In this document: piece by piece, positions 8,450-18,223 of the stretch
How positions within the stretch are numbered: position 1 is the first letter of the stretch
Layout: each line of letters begins with the position of its first letter
Origin: a virus
Length of the DNA stretch: 64,000 nucleotides
IMG/VR virus record: IMGVR_UViG_3300025137_004926
Direction: 5' to 3' (one strand)
Made by a program: the position numbers and the translations under genes
The notes under the pieces: generated by a model
Database searches by the model: none
The model's input: only the letters and a program-made list of their open reading frames with translations
What the model was told of the DNA's origin: nothing

Positions 8450-8896
8450 ATGGCTAGTATACATATATTTGACTATGAAGACGGTATTCAAGACTTCATC
8501 GGTAGTATGTTGCCGTACGAATACAAAACATTCGATTGGGATAAAGATGGTTTCTTTCAATTCGATAAACTAAACCCATTTGGTGATTATAATATAGTTT
8601 GCTTAACTAAGCCTTATGACTGTTTACATAACGGGACTAACAAAGGTAAGTATAATGAAGAATCTGCTAAGGAAATGAAGATATGGAGCAGGAGAAACTG
8701 GAGATATAACACACAAGATATCAATGAAGAAATATATAAGTTTCTAACTAAAATGAACGGTAATTATATTTGTATTCACCCTGATATGATTGAAGAAAAA
8801 GTCACAGACCTTTGTGCATACTTAATGACTAACCAAGTAAATTTTAAAAAAAGAGAATACAATAAATTTTATAAAGAACATATTAACATAAGATGA
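8450..8896 (+). CDS. hypothetical protein
   Basis: ORF in operon. Confidence 0.7.
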   Translation: MASIHIFDYEDGIQDFIGSMLPYEYKTFDWDKDGFFQFDKLNPFGDYNIVCLTKPYDCLHNGTNKGKYNEESAKEMKIWSRRNWRYNTQDINEEIYKFLTKMNGNYICIHPDMIEEKVTDLCAYLMTNQVNFKKREYNKFYKEHINIR

Positions 8897-9333
8897 GTAA
8901 ATTAATAAGAGATAAATTCGATAAAGAACATATGATGCCTACTACAAAAATTATGGGCACAATATCTGATGATATCTCTATGAAAGTTAATCAAATGGTT
9001 GTATCAGGCGATACAAGTCAAGCAAAAATAATTGTAGACCATATCAACAAAATATTAAAAACTAACATATCTGATATTAATGCAGATACTTTTCCAGAAC
9101 CTTTTCAAACTGAATCTAAGATGAACGTAGATTATTCAACCCCAACAGGTTTGTTTTTTCTAGTTACATCTGGAATAGCAGAAATAAGAGTAGAGGGAAA
9201 AAGTTTTCAACTGAATCCTAAAAAGATATTCTTTGTTAACGAAAGATTATCGTATGTTATCTTATCACCAGATAGTAGTAGACTAAATATGTTGTCTGCC
9301 AAGTTTATGTGGGATAAGAATCTTCATGCATAG
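8893..9333 (+). CDS. hypothetical protein, possible cupin-like fold
   Basis: ATGA coupling; VTSGIAEIRVEGKSFQLNPKKIFFV resembles cupin strands. Confidence 0.6.
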   Translation: MSKLIRDKFDKEHMMPTTKIMGTISDDISMKVNQMVVSGDTSQAKIIVDHINKILKTNISDINADTFPEPFQTESKMNVDYSTPTGLFFLVTSGIAEIRVEGKSFQLNPKKIFFVNERLSYVILSPDSSRLNMLSAKFMWDKNLHA

Positions 9334-9565
9334 TACTAAAGTAGACTTACACGGACTTATTGTTCACGAAGGTTGGAAACGTTTTCGTCAATCAACACAA
9401 GAGGCGCACTTATATGGACATAGACAAATTGTTGTTATCGTTGGACATGGAGAAATGTCAAAAGAATTTGAAAGATGGTGTGAAGCGGATCCTTACGTGA
9501 AGGAAGCAAGACGTTTAGATAGAAACACAGGTGCATTTAGAGTAATATTAAAGAAGAAGAAATAA
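9326..9565 (+). CDS. stand-alone Smr domain protein
   Basis: VDLHGL...IVVIVGHG...NTGAFRV, the Smr signature (DLHG, IxGxG, GA). Confidence 0.8.
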   Translation: MHSTKVDLHGLIVHEGWKRFRQSTQEAHLYGHRQIVVIVGHGEMSKEFERWCEADPYVKEARRLDRNTGAFRVILKKKK

Positions 9566-10923
9566 TGTCTATATCATCTAAAACTTATTGTAAATATTTC
9601 TTTAACCATGTTGCATTATGGAATGGCAGATTAGGTAATCCGTGTTGTAGATATAATAATAAATCAGGATCACACGGAAACGACCTCCCTACTGTTTATC
9701 CAATGGAACCTGTAAAGTCTTTTAAAGAAACTTTTAATTCAGATAAATGGAAAGAGTTAAGAAGAAAGTCAATCTCAGGAGAAAAAGAGAATGGCTGTTG
9801 GAAATGCTATGAGGAAGAAGAAAACGGAATAACATCATTAAGACAACAAGCAAATGAAATAATGCTTGAACAAAAAGCTGATGCAGGTTTAACACATGAT
9901 AGCCAAGGTGATTGGGCAGAAGTAATAGATTACATACAAACACCTAAATTAACTTATATTGAAATGAATTTAGGAAATTATTGTAATCTTGCATGTAATA
10001 TATGTTCTTCTGCATTGAGTACAAAGTGGGAAGAAGATGATAGATGGTTAAATGATGAAAAGGGGTTTGGTAGAGGAGTGTTTGGTACAGATACAAAACT
10101 ACAAATCGAATATAACAAAGAAGATTATGAACATGTTAATAGAATAAAGTTCGTTGGTGGTGAGCCAATGTTGCATCCAAAGTTTGGAAGTATTGTAGAC
10201 TTTATTATTGAAACAGGTTACGCAAAGAATATTGCTTTGCATATTTTTACAAATGCAAGTTGGATACCAAAGGATAAAATTATCAATAGGTTGAAACAAT
10301 TTAAAGAAGTAAAAATATCGTTGAGCATTGACGGAACCGAGGAAGTAAATGACTATACGAGACATTTAAGTTCTTGGGAAACTGTAAACGCAACAGCCAG
10401 AAGTTGGCTAGAACTATCAATGAAATATGAAGGTTTTCAAGTAAAATGGGAACCCACTTTGAGTGTGTATAACGCCAATCACATTCCTAAAATGTTTCAA
10501 TGGTGGGTAGACTTATGCCTAGAAATAAGAGGTGAAAATATACAAAAAGCCTTATTAATTAATGGTGGTGATACTATCAACATTTATCTTAATAATGTAA
10601 TATATCCTGCTTATCTACAACCAAAACTTTTCCCTCATGAAAAGAACGGTGAAGGAGATAAAGATTTGTTTAGAAGAATCGAAAAATGGTTAAATGACCT
10701 CACAGATAAACATTATGAAAAGGGCAATCATTGGAATATGGCTACGATACGTATGTTGAAAGAAACTGTTCGTAAAGGAAAGTCATTAATAGCACAAGAA
10801 CCAAGTAGAACAGAAATATTAGATTTTTACAAGTATTCTATTTTATTGGACAAACGTAGAGGTAAAGATATTAAGACTGCTTTACCTGATGTTTGGAGAT
10901 TAGTTACTAAAGAAAAAGTGTGA
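9565..10923 (+). CDS. radical SAM protein with N-terminal SPASM/twitch-like Cys cluster
   Basis: CNLACNIC (CxxxCxxC), GGEP, TNA, SIDG; N-terminal PCC and CxxC. Confidence 0.9.
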   Translation: MSISSKTYCKYFFNHVALWNGRLGNPCCRYNNKSGSHGNDLPTVYPMEPVKSFKETFNSDKWKELRRKSISGEKENGCWKCYEEEENGITSLRQQANEIMLEQKADAGLTHDSQGDWAEVIDYIQTPKLTYIEMNLGNYCNLACNICSSALSTKWEEDDRWLNDEKGFGRGVFGTDTKLQIEYNKEDYEHVNRIKFVGGEPMLHPKFGSIVDFIIETGYAKNIALHIFTNASWIPKDKIINRLKQFKEVKISLSIDGTEEVNDYTRHLSSWETVNATARSWLELSMKYEGFQVKWEPTLSVYNANHIPKMFQWWVDLCLEIRGENIQKALLINGGDTINIYLNNVIYPAYLQPKLFPHEKNGEGDKDLFRRIEKWLNDLTDKHYEKGNHWNMATIRMLKETVRKGKSLIAQEPSRTEILDFYKYSILLDKRRGKDIKTALPDVWRLVTKEKV

Positions 10924-10929
10924 TTTTAC

Positions 10930-10958
10930 TTGACAAATCACACAGACAGTGCTATACT
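10930..10958 (+). promoter_or_regulatory. sigma70-type early promoter
   Basis: TTGACA-N17-TATACT with extended TG; downstream TTAAGTAATCA shared with promoter at 49100. Confidence 0.75.
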
Positions 10959-10986
10959 GTTTAAGTAATCAGAAAGAAAATCAAAC

Positions 10987-11571
10987 ATGAATAAAATTAT
11001 TGTGACAGACTGTGACGGAGTCCTCCTTGATTGGGAAAACTCTTTCTATGAATGGATGAAATCAAAAGGATATGATGCACAGAATATAGGTGTCTACGAC
11101 ATGGCAGATGTGTTTGCTATGGAAAAAGTTGAAGTCAAAAAACTTATTAAAGAATTTAATAACAGTTCATGGATGGCTACTCTACCTGTTTTACGTGATG
11201 CACGAAGTGGTGTTGCTAAATTAGTAGAAGCAGGATATGAATTTCATTGTGTTACTTCATTGAGTTTAGATGAAAACACAAAGATGCTAAGACAACAAAA
11301 TTTAGATAATGTATTTGGAAAAGATGTATTTACTAAACTTGTTTGTTTAGATACTGGTGCAGATAAAGATGAAGGACTTGAGCCTTACACTGATACTAAT
11401 TACTTCTGGATAGAAGATAAAACTGAAAACGCACTTTGCGGACTAAAATATGGTTTACAACCAATTCTTATCAGTCATGAACATAATTCAGATATGCAAA
11501 AAGATGGAATGATCCCAGTTGTTGATACTTGGGATGATATCGTAAATATTATTATACCAAATCATAGGTAA
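10987..11571 (+). CDS. HAD-family phosphatase / 5'(3')-deoxyribonucleotidase-like (T4 gp30.2-like)
   Basis: DCDGVL motif I, VTS motif II, K, WIEDK motif IV. Confidence 0.8.
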   Translation: MNKIIVTDCDGVLLDWENSFYEWMKSKGYDAQNIGVYDMADVFAMEKVEVKKLIKEFNNSSWMATLPVLRDARSGVAKLVEAGYEFHCVTSLSLDENTKMLRQQNLDNVFGKDVFTKLVCLDTGADKDEGLEPYTDTNYFWIEDKTENALCGLKYGLQPILISHEHNSDMQKDGMIPVVDTWDDIVNIIIPNHR

Positions 11572-11602
11572 TAATGAGGGAGCGAACTCCCTCATTACTT
11601 TT
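11572..11602. terminator. intrinsic terminator between convergent genes
   Basis: TAATGAGGGAG-CGAA-CTCCCTCATTA followed by T-run. Confidence 0.8.
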
Positions 11603-12341
11603 AATCGTCTTCTCCGTAAATTTTTAGAACTTCTGTAACAGCAGGATGCCTCTCCACATCCATTAAATCAAATCGACTTACTGAAATATGATTTAACTTT
11701 GCTTTTTGATAATTGTTAACAAGTTCTACAAAATCTGAAAGACCGTTTTCTGAAAATCCTCTGTCATGTTGCTTTAGGTCTCCGGTTACTATCATCTTTG
11801 TATTATTGCCAATACGGGTTAGTAACATCTTCATTTGAGATTTAGTTGCATTTTGCATTTCGTCTGCAATGATCCACGAGTTCTCAAATGTACGACCACG
11901 CATATATGCCAGTGGGGCTATCTCAATCAAATTTTCTGTGAGCATCATTTCGATTTGTTGCATCGAAAAGTGCTTTTCAAATATATCAAATATAGGTCTA
12001 GTCCATGGTGACATCTTTTCGTTTAAATCACCGGGTAAGAACCCATGTTGCTCGTCAACTGATACTGCAGGACGAGTTATAACTATTTTTTTCACCTCTC
12101 TTTCCATGAATGCTTTTATTCCCATCTGCGTACACAGGAGCGTTTTACCTGTACCAGCAGGACCAATCGCAAATACAATATTATTGTCTGGATTAGCTAA
12201 CTGATATAGATAGTCTTCTTGTGATACGTTTCTGGGTAAAATAGTTGGAATTGTCTTCTTATGTAGTGGGATTACTCCGTAATCATTACTACGGTTGTGC
12301 GTCTTATTATTATGTTTTTCAACACGTTTTTTTCGTGCCAT
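11601..12341 (-). CDS. phoH: PhoH-like ATPase
   Basis: GPAGTGKT, ITRPAV, GFLPG, AYMRGRT, DEMQN, LTRIG, GDLKQHD, RHP. Confidence 0.95.
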   Translation of the reverse strand: MARKKRVEKHNNKTHNRSNDYGVIPLHKKTIPTILPRNVSQEDYLYQLANPDNNIVFAIGPAGTGKTLLCTQMGIKAFMEREVKKIVITRPAVSVDEQHGFLPGDLNEKMSPWTRPIFDIFEKHFSMQQIEMMLTENLIEIAPLAYMRGRTFENSWIIADEMQNATKSQMKMLLTRIGNNTKMIVTGDLKQHDRGFSENGLSDFVELVNNYQKAKLNHISVSRFDLMDVERHPAVTEVLKIYGEDD

Positions 12342-12467
12342 GTGCTTTCCTCCTTAAAGAGGGATTTTCAGAATGAGCATTACACTCAATAGTACTTATC
12401 ATTTTTAGGTTGCAATTAAGTAAGAATACTGTTAAACTAAGAAGAAATAATTTTGTTATACAAAAAA

Positions 12468-12475
12468 GATAAATA
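12468..12475 (+). promoter_or_regulatory. late promoter GATAAATA
   Basis: Heads the IF1-spanin-DnaJ-ClpA operon. Confidence 0.65.
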
Positions 12476-12482
12476 GATATGT

Positions 12483-13013
12483 ATGAAGATTATGGAGAAA
12501 AGCATGTCAGATGTAAACTCAAATGATATTATCGATAATATAAGAAATGTCGATAAAAATGGCACATTGTTAGACGTTCTACTTGAATTTGAAAAAGTAT
12601 TGGACGATGTTGGCATGTACGCTTATAAAAACTGGTCAAAAGGCGAAGTTGCTATGGGACCTAAGCTATCACGTTATTGGTTGAACGTTAAAATAATGTA
12701 TCAATATAATGATATGCCTGATCCAAGAGCAGGTCTAAGACTAACTAAACTAGGCTGTGAAGTCAAGTATGAGCAAGGTGTACTAAAGACACCAGTTATT
12801 CCAAAAACACCAGAAGATTTAAACGATGAAGGTGAACCAAAACTAAAATCTGACACAGTTTGGTTAATCGACATCTTAATGCCACGTAAATTTGTAGATG
12901 AGTTTACAGATGAAGAAATGGCAGTTGGAGACATCAAGGTAGACCAAGAAGCTGTAGGTAATGCAGAAGCACAAGGTCTTGATGATGAAACCAATCAGCA
13001 ACAGGATATCTAA
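12483..13013 (+). CDS. hypothetical phage protein
   Basis: Long ORF after late promoter; true start may be a downstream ATG with GGAG RBS. Confidence 0.8.
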   Translation: MKIMEKSMSDVNSNDIIDNIRNVDKNGTLLDVLLEFEKVLDDVGMYAYKNWSKGEVAMGPKLSRYWLNVKIMYQYNDMPDPRAGLRLTKLGCEVKYEQGVLKTPVIPKTPEDLNDEGEPKLKSDTVWLIDILMPRKFVDEFTDEEMAVGDIKVDQEAVGNAEAQGLDDETNQQQDI

Positions 13014-13015
13014 TT

Positions 13016-13423
13016 ATGAAATTTGAACAAATTAAAGAAGGCGTAGGCCATAATGATTTGAAATCACTAGTATCAAATAAGATTTCTATAGCAGAATTTG
13101 TTCCTAAAACGGGAAACGAAGAAGATGTTATTGTTCTAGCTTTTTATGTTAAAGACGATAGACCTGCACAAGATTTAGCCACATTTATGGAGAAGGGTGT
13201 TGTTGATATATTAGATACAGAAGTATCCCCTAATGCAGATGATGATGGTCATTACTTAGTTTTCGTTGAAATGAAAAATGAAAATGTAATGAAAACTACT
13301 TTAGAACTATTAGACGATGTTTCACGTATTTGTGAAGTTGAAGAATGGTCATTAGAATTCTATGGTGGTAAAACAGTTCCAGTAAAAGCAGATGAAATTG
13401 AAGGATATCTAAAAAAGAATTAA
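13016..13423 (+). CDS. hypothetical protein, possible virion internal protein
   Basis: N-terminus MKFEQIKE resembles a T4 capsid-targeting propeptide ending in I-x-E. Confidence 0.7.
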   Translation: MKFEQIKEGVGHNDLKSLVSNKISIAEFVPKTGNEEDVIVLAFYVKDDRPAQDLATFMEKGVVDILDTEVSPNADDDGHYLVFVEMKNENVMKTTLELLDDVSRICEVEEWSLEFYGGKTVPVKADEIEGYLKKN

Positions 13424-13638
13424 TGGCAAAAGAACCCGCAATGGAATTTGAAGGTGATGTTACAGATATCACTCCTGGATGTTTTAAAATTAAGCTAGAT
13501 AATGGTCACACAGTTAATGGTACATTATCTGGAAAAATGAGAAAGAATAATATAAAAGTTATTCTACATGATAGGGTTAAAATTGAAATGAGCCCTTATG
13601 ATATTACAAAAGGGCGTATAACGTTTAGGTACAAATAA
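13423..13638 (+). CDS. infA: translation initiation factor IF-1
   Basis: MAKE..EFEG.V.....FKIKLDNGH.....SGKMRKNNIKVILHDRVKIEMSPYDITKGRITFRYK, near-canonical IF-1. Confidence 0.95.
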   Translation: MAKEPAMEFEGDVTDITPGCFKIKLDNGHTVNGTLSGKMRKNNIKVILHDRVKIEMSPYDITKGRITFRYK

Positions 13639-14114
13639 TGTTTTTTGTTAGAATTAAAAAATATCTAATCATCGCAGGTGTTTTAGCCGCAGTTGGATTT
13701 GGATTATTTAAATATTACGAATATACTCAAAATCAAATAAGAATATATGCTGAAAATGCCGCCAGAGCAGAAATGGCTCAACAAGAGACACAAGCGGCGT
13801 TAGAGCAAACCATGAAAGACTTACAGTTAGTACAAGAAAAATTTACTAAAGTTACTGAGCAATTTGCGACGGCTAATGGTCGTGTAAAAGGCTTGGAAAC
13901 TAAACTAAAAGAACACGATTTACCTTACTTGGCTGAACAAAAACCAGGATTAATCAATAAAATAGTTGACAAAGGTACTAAAGATATGTTAAGATGTTTA
14001 GAAATAGTAAGTGGTTCGCCACTAACCGAGGAAGAAATAAATGTTACTAAAAAAAGTAAAGCAAACACCACATGTTCTGATATTGCTAATCCTAACTACG
14101 TTCCTATTAACTAG
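13638..14114 (+). CDS. putative i-spanin (Rz-like)
   Basis: N-terminal TM, periplasmic coiled coil, C-terminal Cys; overlapped by a lipoprotein gene. Confidence 0.7.
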   Translation: MFFVRIKKYLIIAGVLAAVGFGLFKYYEYTQNQIRIYAENAARAEMAQQETQAALEQTMKDLQLVQEKFTKVTEQFATANGRVKGLETKLKEHDLPYLAEQKPGLINKIVDKGTKDMLRCLEIVSGSPLTEEEINVTKKSKANTTCSDIANPNYVPIN

Positions 14115-14499
14115 TTGTAGCACTACACCAAAATCAGTCATATATACGCCTAAACCAGTAGAGCGTCCTGAGTTAATTTTGCCTGAAACAAAAACTTTGA
14201 ATATGCGTAATGTTGACTTCATTGTAATGACAAGAAAAAATGTTGAAGAAGAATTCGCTAAGTTAGAAAAAGACGGTAAAGCTATTGTTATTTTTGGGTT
14301 AGATGCAGAAGACTATGAAAAGTTATCATTCAATATAGCGGACATCTTAGAGTTATTAGACCAACAACAGTCAGTAATAGTTGCATATAGAGAATACTAC
14401 GAAGAAGCAGATAAAACCCTTGAAGAAATCAATTTACAAAGCGAGATAGAAATTGAAGTCGATGAAGAAGGTGGCTTTCTTTCTAATTTTCTTAAATGA
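14041..14499 (+). CDS. putative o-spanin lipoprotein (Rz1-like)
   Basis: Lipobox LLTS-C, Pro-rich segment after the Cys, starts inside the i-spanin gene in another frame. Confidence 0.7.
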   Translation: MLLKKVKQTPHVLILLILTTFLLTSCSTTPKSVIYTPKPVERPELILPETKTLNMRNVDFIVMTRKNVEEEFAKLEKDGKAIVIFGLDAEDYEKLSFNIADILELLDQQQSVIVAYREYYEEADKTLEEINLQSEIEIEVDEEGGFLSNFLK

Positions 14500-14882
14500 C
14501 ATCCAGTCCATACGCAGTTCTAAAAATCGATAAATATTCTACAACAGATGATATCAGAAAGTCTTATAAAAGACTCATGAAGAAACATCATCCTGACACT
14601 GGAGACGGTGACAGAGAAACATTCGATAAGGTAAGACTTGCTTATATACAGTTAAAAGATAAAAAATCCAAAAATGGTGTTGTAAGGACACTCAGCATAA
14701 CAGTCCCTATAACAAAGCAAGACTTATCCTTAATTTTAGGCACTAAACAATCATTCATGTGCCAAGATGTTCCTTTTGATGTAATGGTTCCTTATGAGAC
14801 TAGGATTAATGATACCATAGTTGTTAAAAAAATACTAGGTGACTTGTCACTTAAAATAAAATTCAAGGAAGAAAATGAGTAA
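14496..14882 (+). CDS. J-domain (DnaJ-like) co-chaperone
   Basis: PYAVL...IRKSYKRLMKKHHPDTG...F..V..AY with intact HPD. Confidence 0.88.
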   Translation: MTSSPYAVLKIDKYSTTDDIRKSYKRLMKKHHPDTGDGDRETFDKVRLAYIQLKDKKSKNGVVRTLSITVPITKQDLSLILGTKQSFMCQDVPFDVMVPYETRINDTIVVKKILGDLSLKIKFKEENE

Positions 14883-17094
14883 AGCAGATAGAGTAAATGT
14901 TTCGATTGAACGTGCCGTACAACATGCAAATTCTTTAGCACACGAATATGTGACACTAGAGCATCTTCTATATTCAATTATGGAAGAACCTGATGTTAGC
15001 AATATGCTTACTCAGATGAAATGTAATGTTAAGTTTATGTTAGATGAATTAGAAAAGTATCTTAATGAGCGTGATGATATTACAAAAGGTGAGGATAATA
15101 CCACACCAAGAAAAACGCTATCATTGGACCGTGTGTTTAATCGTGCAGTAACACAAGTAATTTTTAGTGGTCGTTCTAAACTTCAAGTAAGAGATATATT
15201 TGTTTCTCTATTAAGCGAGACTGGATCTGTTGCTTATTATATCTTAAAACAATCAGGTGTATCAAGAGAAAAAGCAATCGATATTCTAAGAAAAGAATAT
15301 TACGGAACTAGCCAAGGTAGAGATATGGTTGGTGGACCTCAAGGTCAAGGAGCACCAATAAAATTTGAAGATTATTGTTTAAATTTAAATCAACAAGCAT
15401 TAGACGGAATAATCGATCCTGTTATTGGACGTGAAGAAGAATTAATAGAATTAACAGAGGTACTAGCAAGACGTAAAAAGAACAATGCTATCATTGTAGG
15501 AGAACCTGGTGTAGGTAAAACTGCAATCGCAGAAGGTCTTGCATTAATGATTGGTGAAGGTCATGTACCAGATATATTAAAAGATAAAACAGTCTATTCA
15601 CTAGATGTTACATCACTTGTAGCAGGTACAAAGTACCGTGGTGAATTTGAAGAAAGAGCAAAAGCAGTATTTGACCAATTATCAAGTAAAGATGATGTAA
15701 TCTTATTCATTGATGAAATTCATATGATTATGGGTGCAGGTTCGGCAGGTGGATCTAACATAGATATTGCAAACTTATTAAAACCATTATTAGCAAGTGG
15801 TAAATTGCATTGTATTGGTGCAACAACAAGTGAAGAATACAGAGAAAACTTTGAAAAAGATAGAGCATTACAAAGACGTTTTCAGAAACTAGTTATTGAA
15901 CAACCAAGTGCAGAGAATACAAAATTAATTTTGAAAGGCTTGAAACAATATTACGAAGCATACCACGAAGTTGAATACACAAGTGAAGCGATAGAGTTAT
16001 CAGTTGATTTAGCAGAACGTTATATGCATGGTAAGTTTAACCCTGATAGAGCAATCGATGTTATTGATGTAGCAGGCGCAAGAGCAAAGCTACATAAACA
16101 TAAAGGTAAAATTACTAAAGAAGAAATACAACAAGCCGTAGCAAAAATTACAAGAATTCCTTTAGAAATGATAGATGCAAAACAAAATGCAAACTATGAA
16201 AAACTAGAAGAAAGTATCAAGACAAAACTATTTGGGCAAGACAAAGCAGTTAGTTCATTAGTCGAATCTATACTCGTATCTAAATCAGGTATGAGAGCAA
16301 GAAATAAACCAATTGGTTCATTCTTATTTGTAGGTCCGACAGGAACAGGTAAAACTGAATTGTGTAGACAATTAGCAGACAAACTTGATATTAAACTTAG
16401 AAAGTACGATATGTCAGAATATATGGAACAACATTCTGTATCAAAACTTATCGGTGCCCCTCCGGGCTATGTAGGACACGCCGAAGGCGGGGCTGGCGCA
16501 GGACAATTAATCAATGACATAGATGAAACACCTAACTGTGTTGTTCTATTAGATGAAGTTGAAAAAGCCCACCCAAGTGTAATGAACCTCTTATTACAAG
16601 TTATGGACGATGGTCGTTTGACTAGTTCAACTGGTAAAACAGCAGACTTTAGCAATGTTATTCTTATAATGACTAGTAACTTAGGAGCGGCACAACAATC
16701 TAAGAGTGCTATAGGGTTCACGAATTCAAATGAAGGCGCTTCATATGAAGCAGTTAAGAGATTCTTTTCACCAGAGTTTAGAAATAGACTTGATGCAATG
16801 GTTGAATTTACTTCATTAGAACGTGAACACATAGATATGATTGTTAAGAAAACAATCAAAGAAATTAATGAAATGTTATCAGATAAAAATGTAACTATTA
16901 AATTATCAGCAAAAGCAAAAACATGGCTGAGAAATAAAGGATATCAACCTGATATGGGAGCGAGACCTTTACAACGTGTAGTAAATGATTACATCAAAAA
17001 ACCATTGTCAAAAGAAATATTATTTGGTAAACTTGTTGATGGTGGACTGGTAACTATAAAAATTGTAAATGATGAGATTGAATTTGAATACTGA
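14875..17094 (+). CDS. clpA: ATP-dependent Clp protease ATP-binding subunit ClpA
   Basis: Clp N-domain (HEYVTLEHLL), two AAA+ modules (GEPGVGKT, GPTGTGKT), no ClpB middle domain, ClpP-docking IGF loop. Confidence 0.93.
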   Translation: MSKADRVNVSIERAVQHANSLAHEYVTLEHLLYSIMEEPDVSNMLTQMKCNVKFMLDELEKYLNERDDITKGEDNTTPRKTLSLDRVFNRAVTQVIFSGRSKLQVRDIFVSLLSETGSVAYYILKQSGVSREKAIDILRKEYYGTSQGRDMVGGPQGQGAPIKFEDYCLNLNQQALDGIIDPVIGREEELIELTEVLARRKKNNAIIVGEPGVGKTAIAEGLALMIGEGHVPDILKDKTVYSLDVTSLVAGTKYRGEFEERAKAVFDQLSSKDDVILFIDEIHMIMGAGSAGGSNIDIANLLKPLLASGKLHCIGATTSEEYRENFEKDRALQRRFQKLVIEQPSAENTKLILKGLKQYYEAYHEVEYTSEAIELSVDLAERYMHGKFNPDRAIDVIDVAGARAKLHKHKGKITKEEIQQAVAKITRIPLEMIDAKQNANYEKLEESIKTKLFGQDKAVSSLVESILVSKSGMRARNKPIGSFLFVGPTGTGKTELCRQLADKLDIKLRKYDMSEYMEQHSVSKLIGAPPGYVGHAEGGAGAGQLINDIDETPNCVVLLDEVEKAHPSVMNLLLQVMDDGRLTSSTGKTADFSNVILIMTSNLGAAQQSKSAIGFTNSNEGASYEAVKRFFSPEFRNRLDAMVEFTSLEREHIDMIVKKTIKEINEMLSDKNVTIKLSAKAKTWLRNKGYQPDMGARPLQRVVNDYIKKPLSKEILFGKLVDGGLVTIKIVNDEIEFEY

Positions 17095-17782
17095 GAAAGT
17101 AGCTAAATTATTCTATGGAACACACCCGTACAAAATATCATATAAAAGACTGTACGGATTTCCAGACAAAGATAGTTTGTTTTTCAAAAGACATTTTGAA
17201 AGCAACCCAAATGCAATTAATGAATGGTGGTTTGATATGCCAACGACAGATGAAGAAAAGTCTGTTAGAATTAACTGTTTTACTTTCTTAAGAAAATTTA
17301 AAGATATAAAATTCAATAATGGTGCGTATACACATGCGTATTTTAAGTACAAATCAGACTATGAAGAAGCGAAACAGAGATACGTAGAGTTACACAAATC
17401 TTATGCCGAACCATTAGTTGATAATCTTAAAGAAGTATTAGATAGTTTTGACCGCAGAGTAGAACTAAAAAATAACCTATGGTTCAAGCAATATAAGTAT
17501 AAGATAGTATTCAAGCCTAATAGAGATTTCATTGACCATACGGGACATGACCTATATAAAATGTATGCACATAATACAAATTATAGGCTTAACTCTAATA
17601 TGAAACGATTTGATCCTGAATACTTACTAAAACATCAAAAGAGAAGACATATTCATCACCAATATCAGCTATATGCTATATATTGCCTAGATAAAATTGA
17701 TACAGACTTGCTAACTTTCGTTGCAAGTGAGTGTATTGGTACCATAACTAAAGCTGTGCTATTAACTGATTTAGATAAATAA
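17069..17782 (+). CDS. hypothetical protein
   Basis: 237-aa ORF following clpA; start uncertain. Confidence 0.7.
   Translation: MMRLNLNTEKVAKLFYGTHPYKISYKRLYGFPDKDSLFFKRHFESNPNAINEWWFDMPTTDEEKSVRINCFTFLRKFKDIKFNNGAYTHAYFKYKSDYEEAKQRYVELHKSYAEPLVDNLKEVLDSFDRRVELKNNLWFKQYKYKIVFKPNRDFIDHTGHDLYKMYAHNTNYRLNSNMKRFDPEYLLKHQKRRHIHHQYQLYAIYCLDKIDTDLLTFVASECIGTITKAVLLTDLDK
17774..17781 (+). promoter_or_regulatory. late promoter GATAAATA
   Basis: Upstream of the structural fibre cluster. Confidence 0.65.
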
Positions 17783-17839
17783 GTATAGTTATTATTGAAC
17801 ATAAACTATACAGGTTAATTACGAAGGGTTGAAGGATAT

Positions 17840-18211
17840 ATGGCACGTAAAACAGTTACACTCTTACCACAAACAGGTAGTCTTGAATTAAACACTACAG
17901 GTAGTGCAGTCCCAGGTGACAGTTATTATGGTTACACGGACGGAATACACACAGTTGCGATTTACGGTCAATCTTTGTCAGGTAGAGTAAAAATTCAAGG
18001 AACATTAGCAACTAATCCAACAGATGATGATTGGTTTGATGTACTATTTACTGGTTTACCATATAAAGATTACAACAATTTCACAGGAGTTGAAGGCTTC
18101 ACATTCGTGGCCAATTTAGTTTATTTAAGAGCATCTTTAGACAGGACTGCATTGGGTATATCAGATTTTACTCAAGCAGGATATATAGAGAAAATCTTTT
18201 TAAATTACTAA
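17840..18211 (+). CDS. putative virion structural protein
   Basis: Beta-rich composition; first gene of late fibre operon; AAGGA RBS. Confidence 0.7.
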   Translation: MARKTVTLLPQTGSLELNTTGSAVPGDSYYGYTDGIHTVAIYGQSLSGRVKIQGTLATNPTDDDWFDVLFTGLPYKDYNNFTGVEGFTFVANLVYLRASLDRTALGISDFTQAGYIEKIFLNY

Positions 18212-18223
18212 AGGAACACAGAT

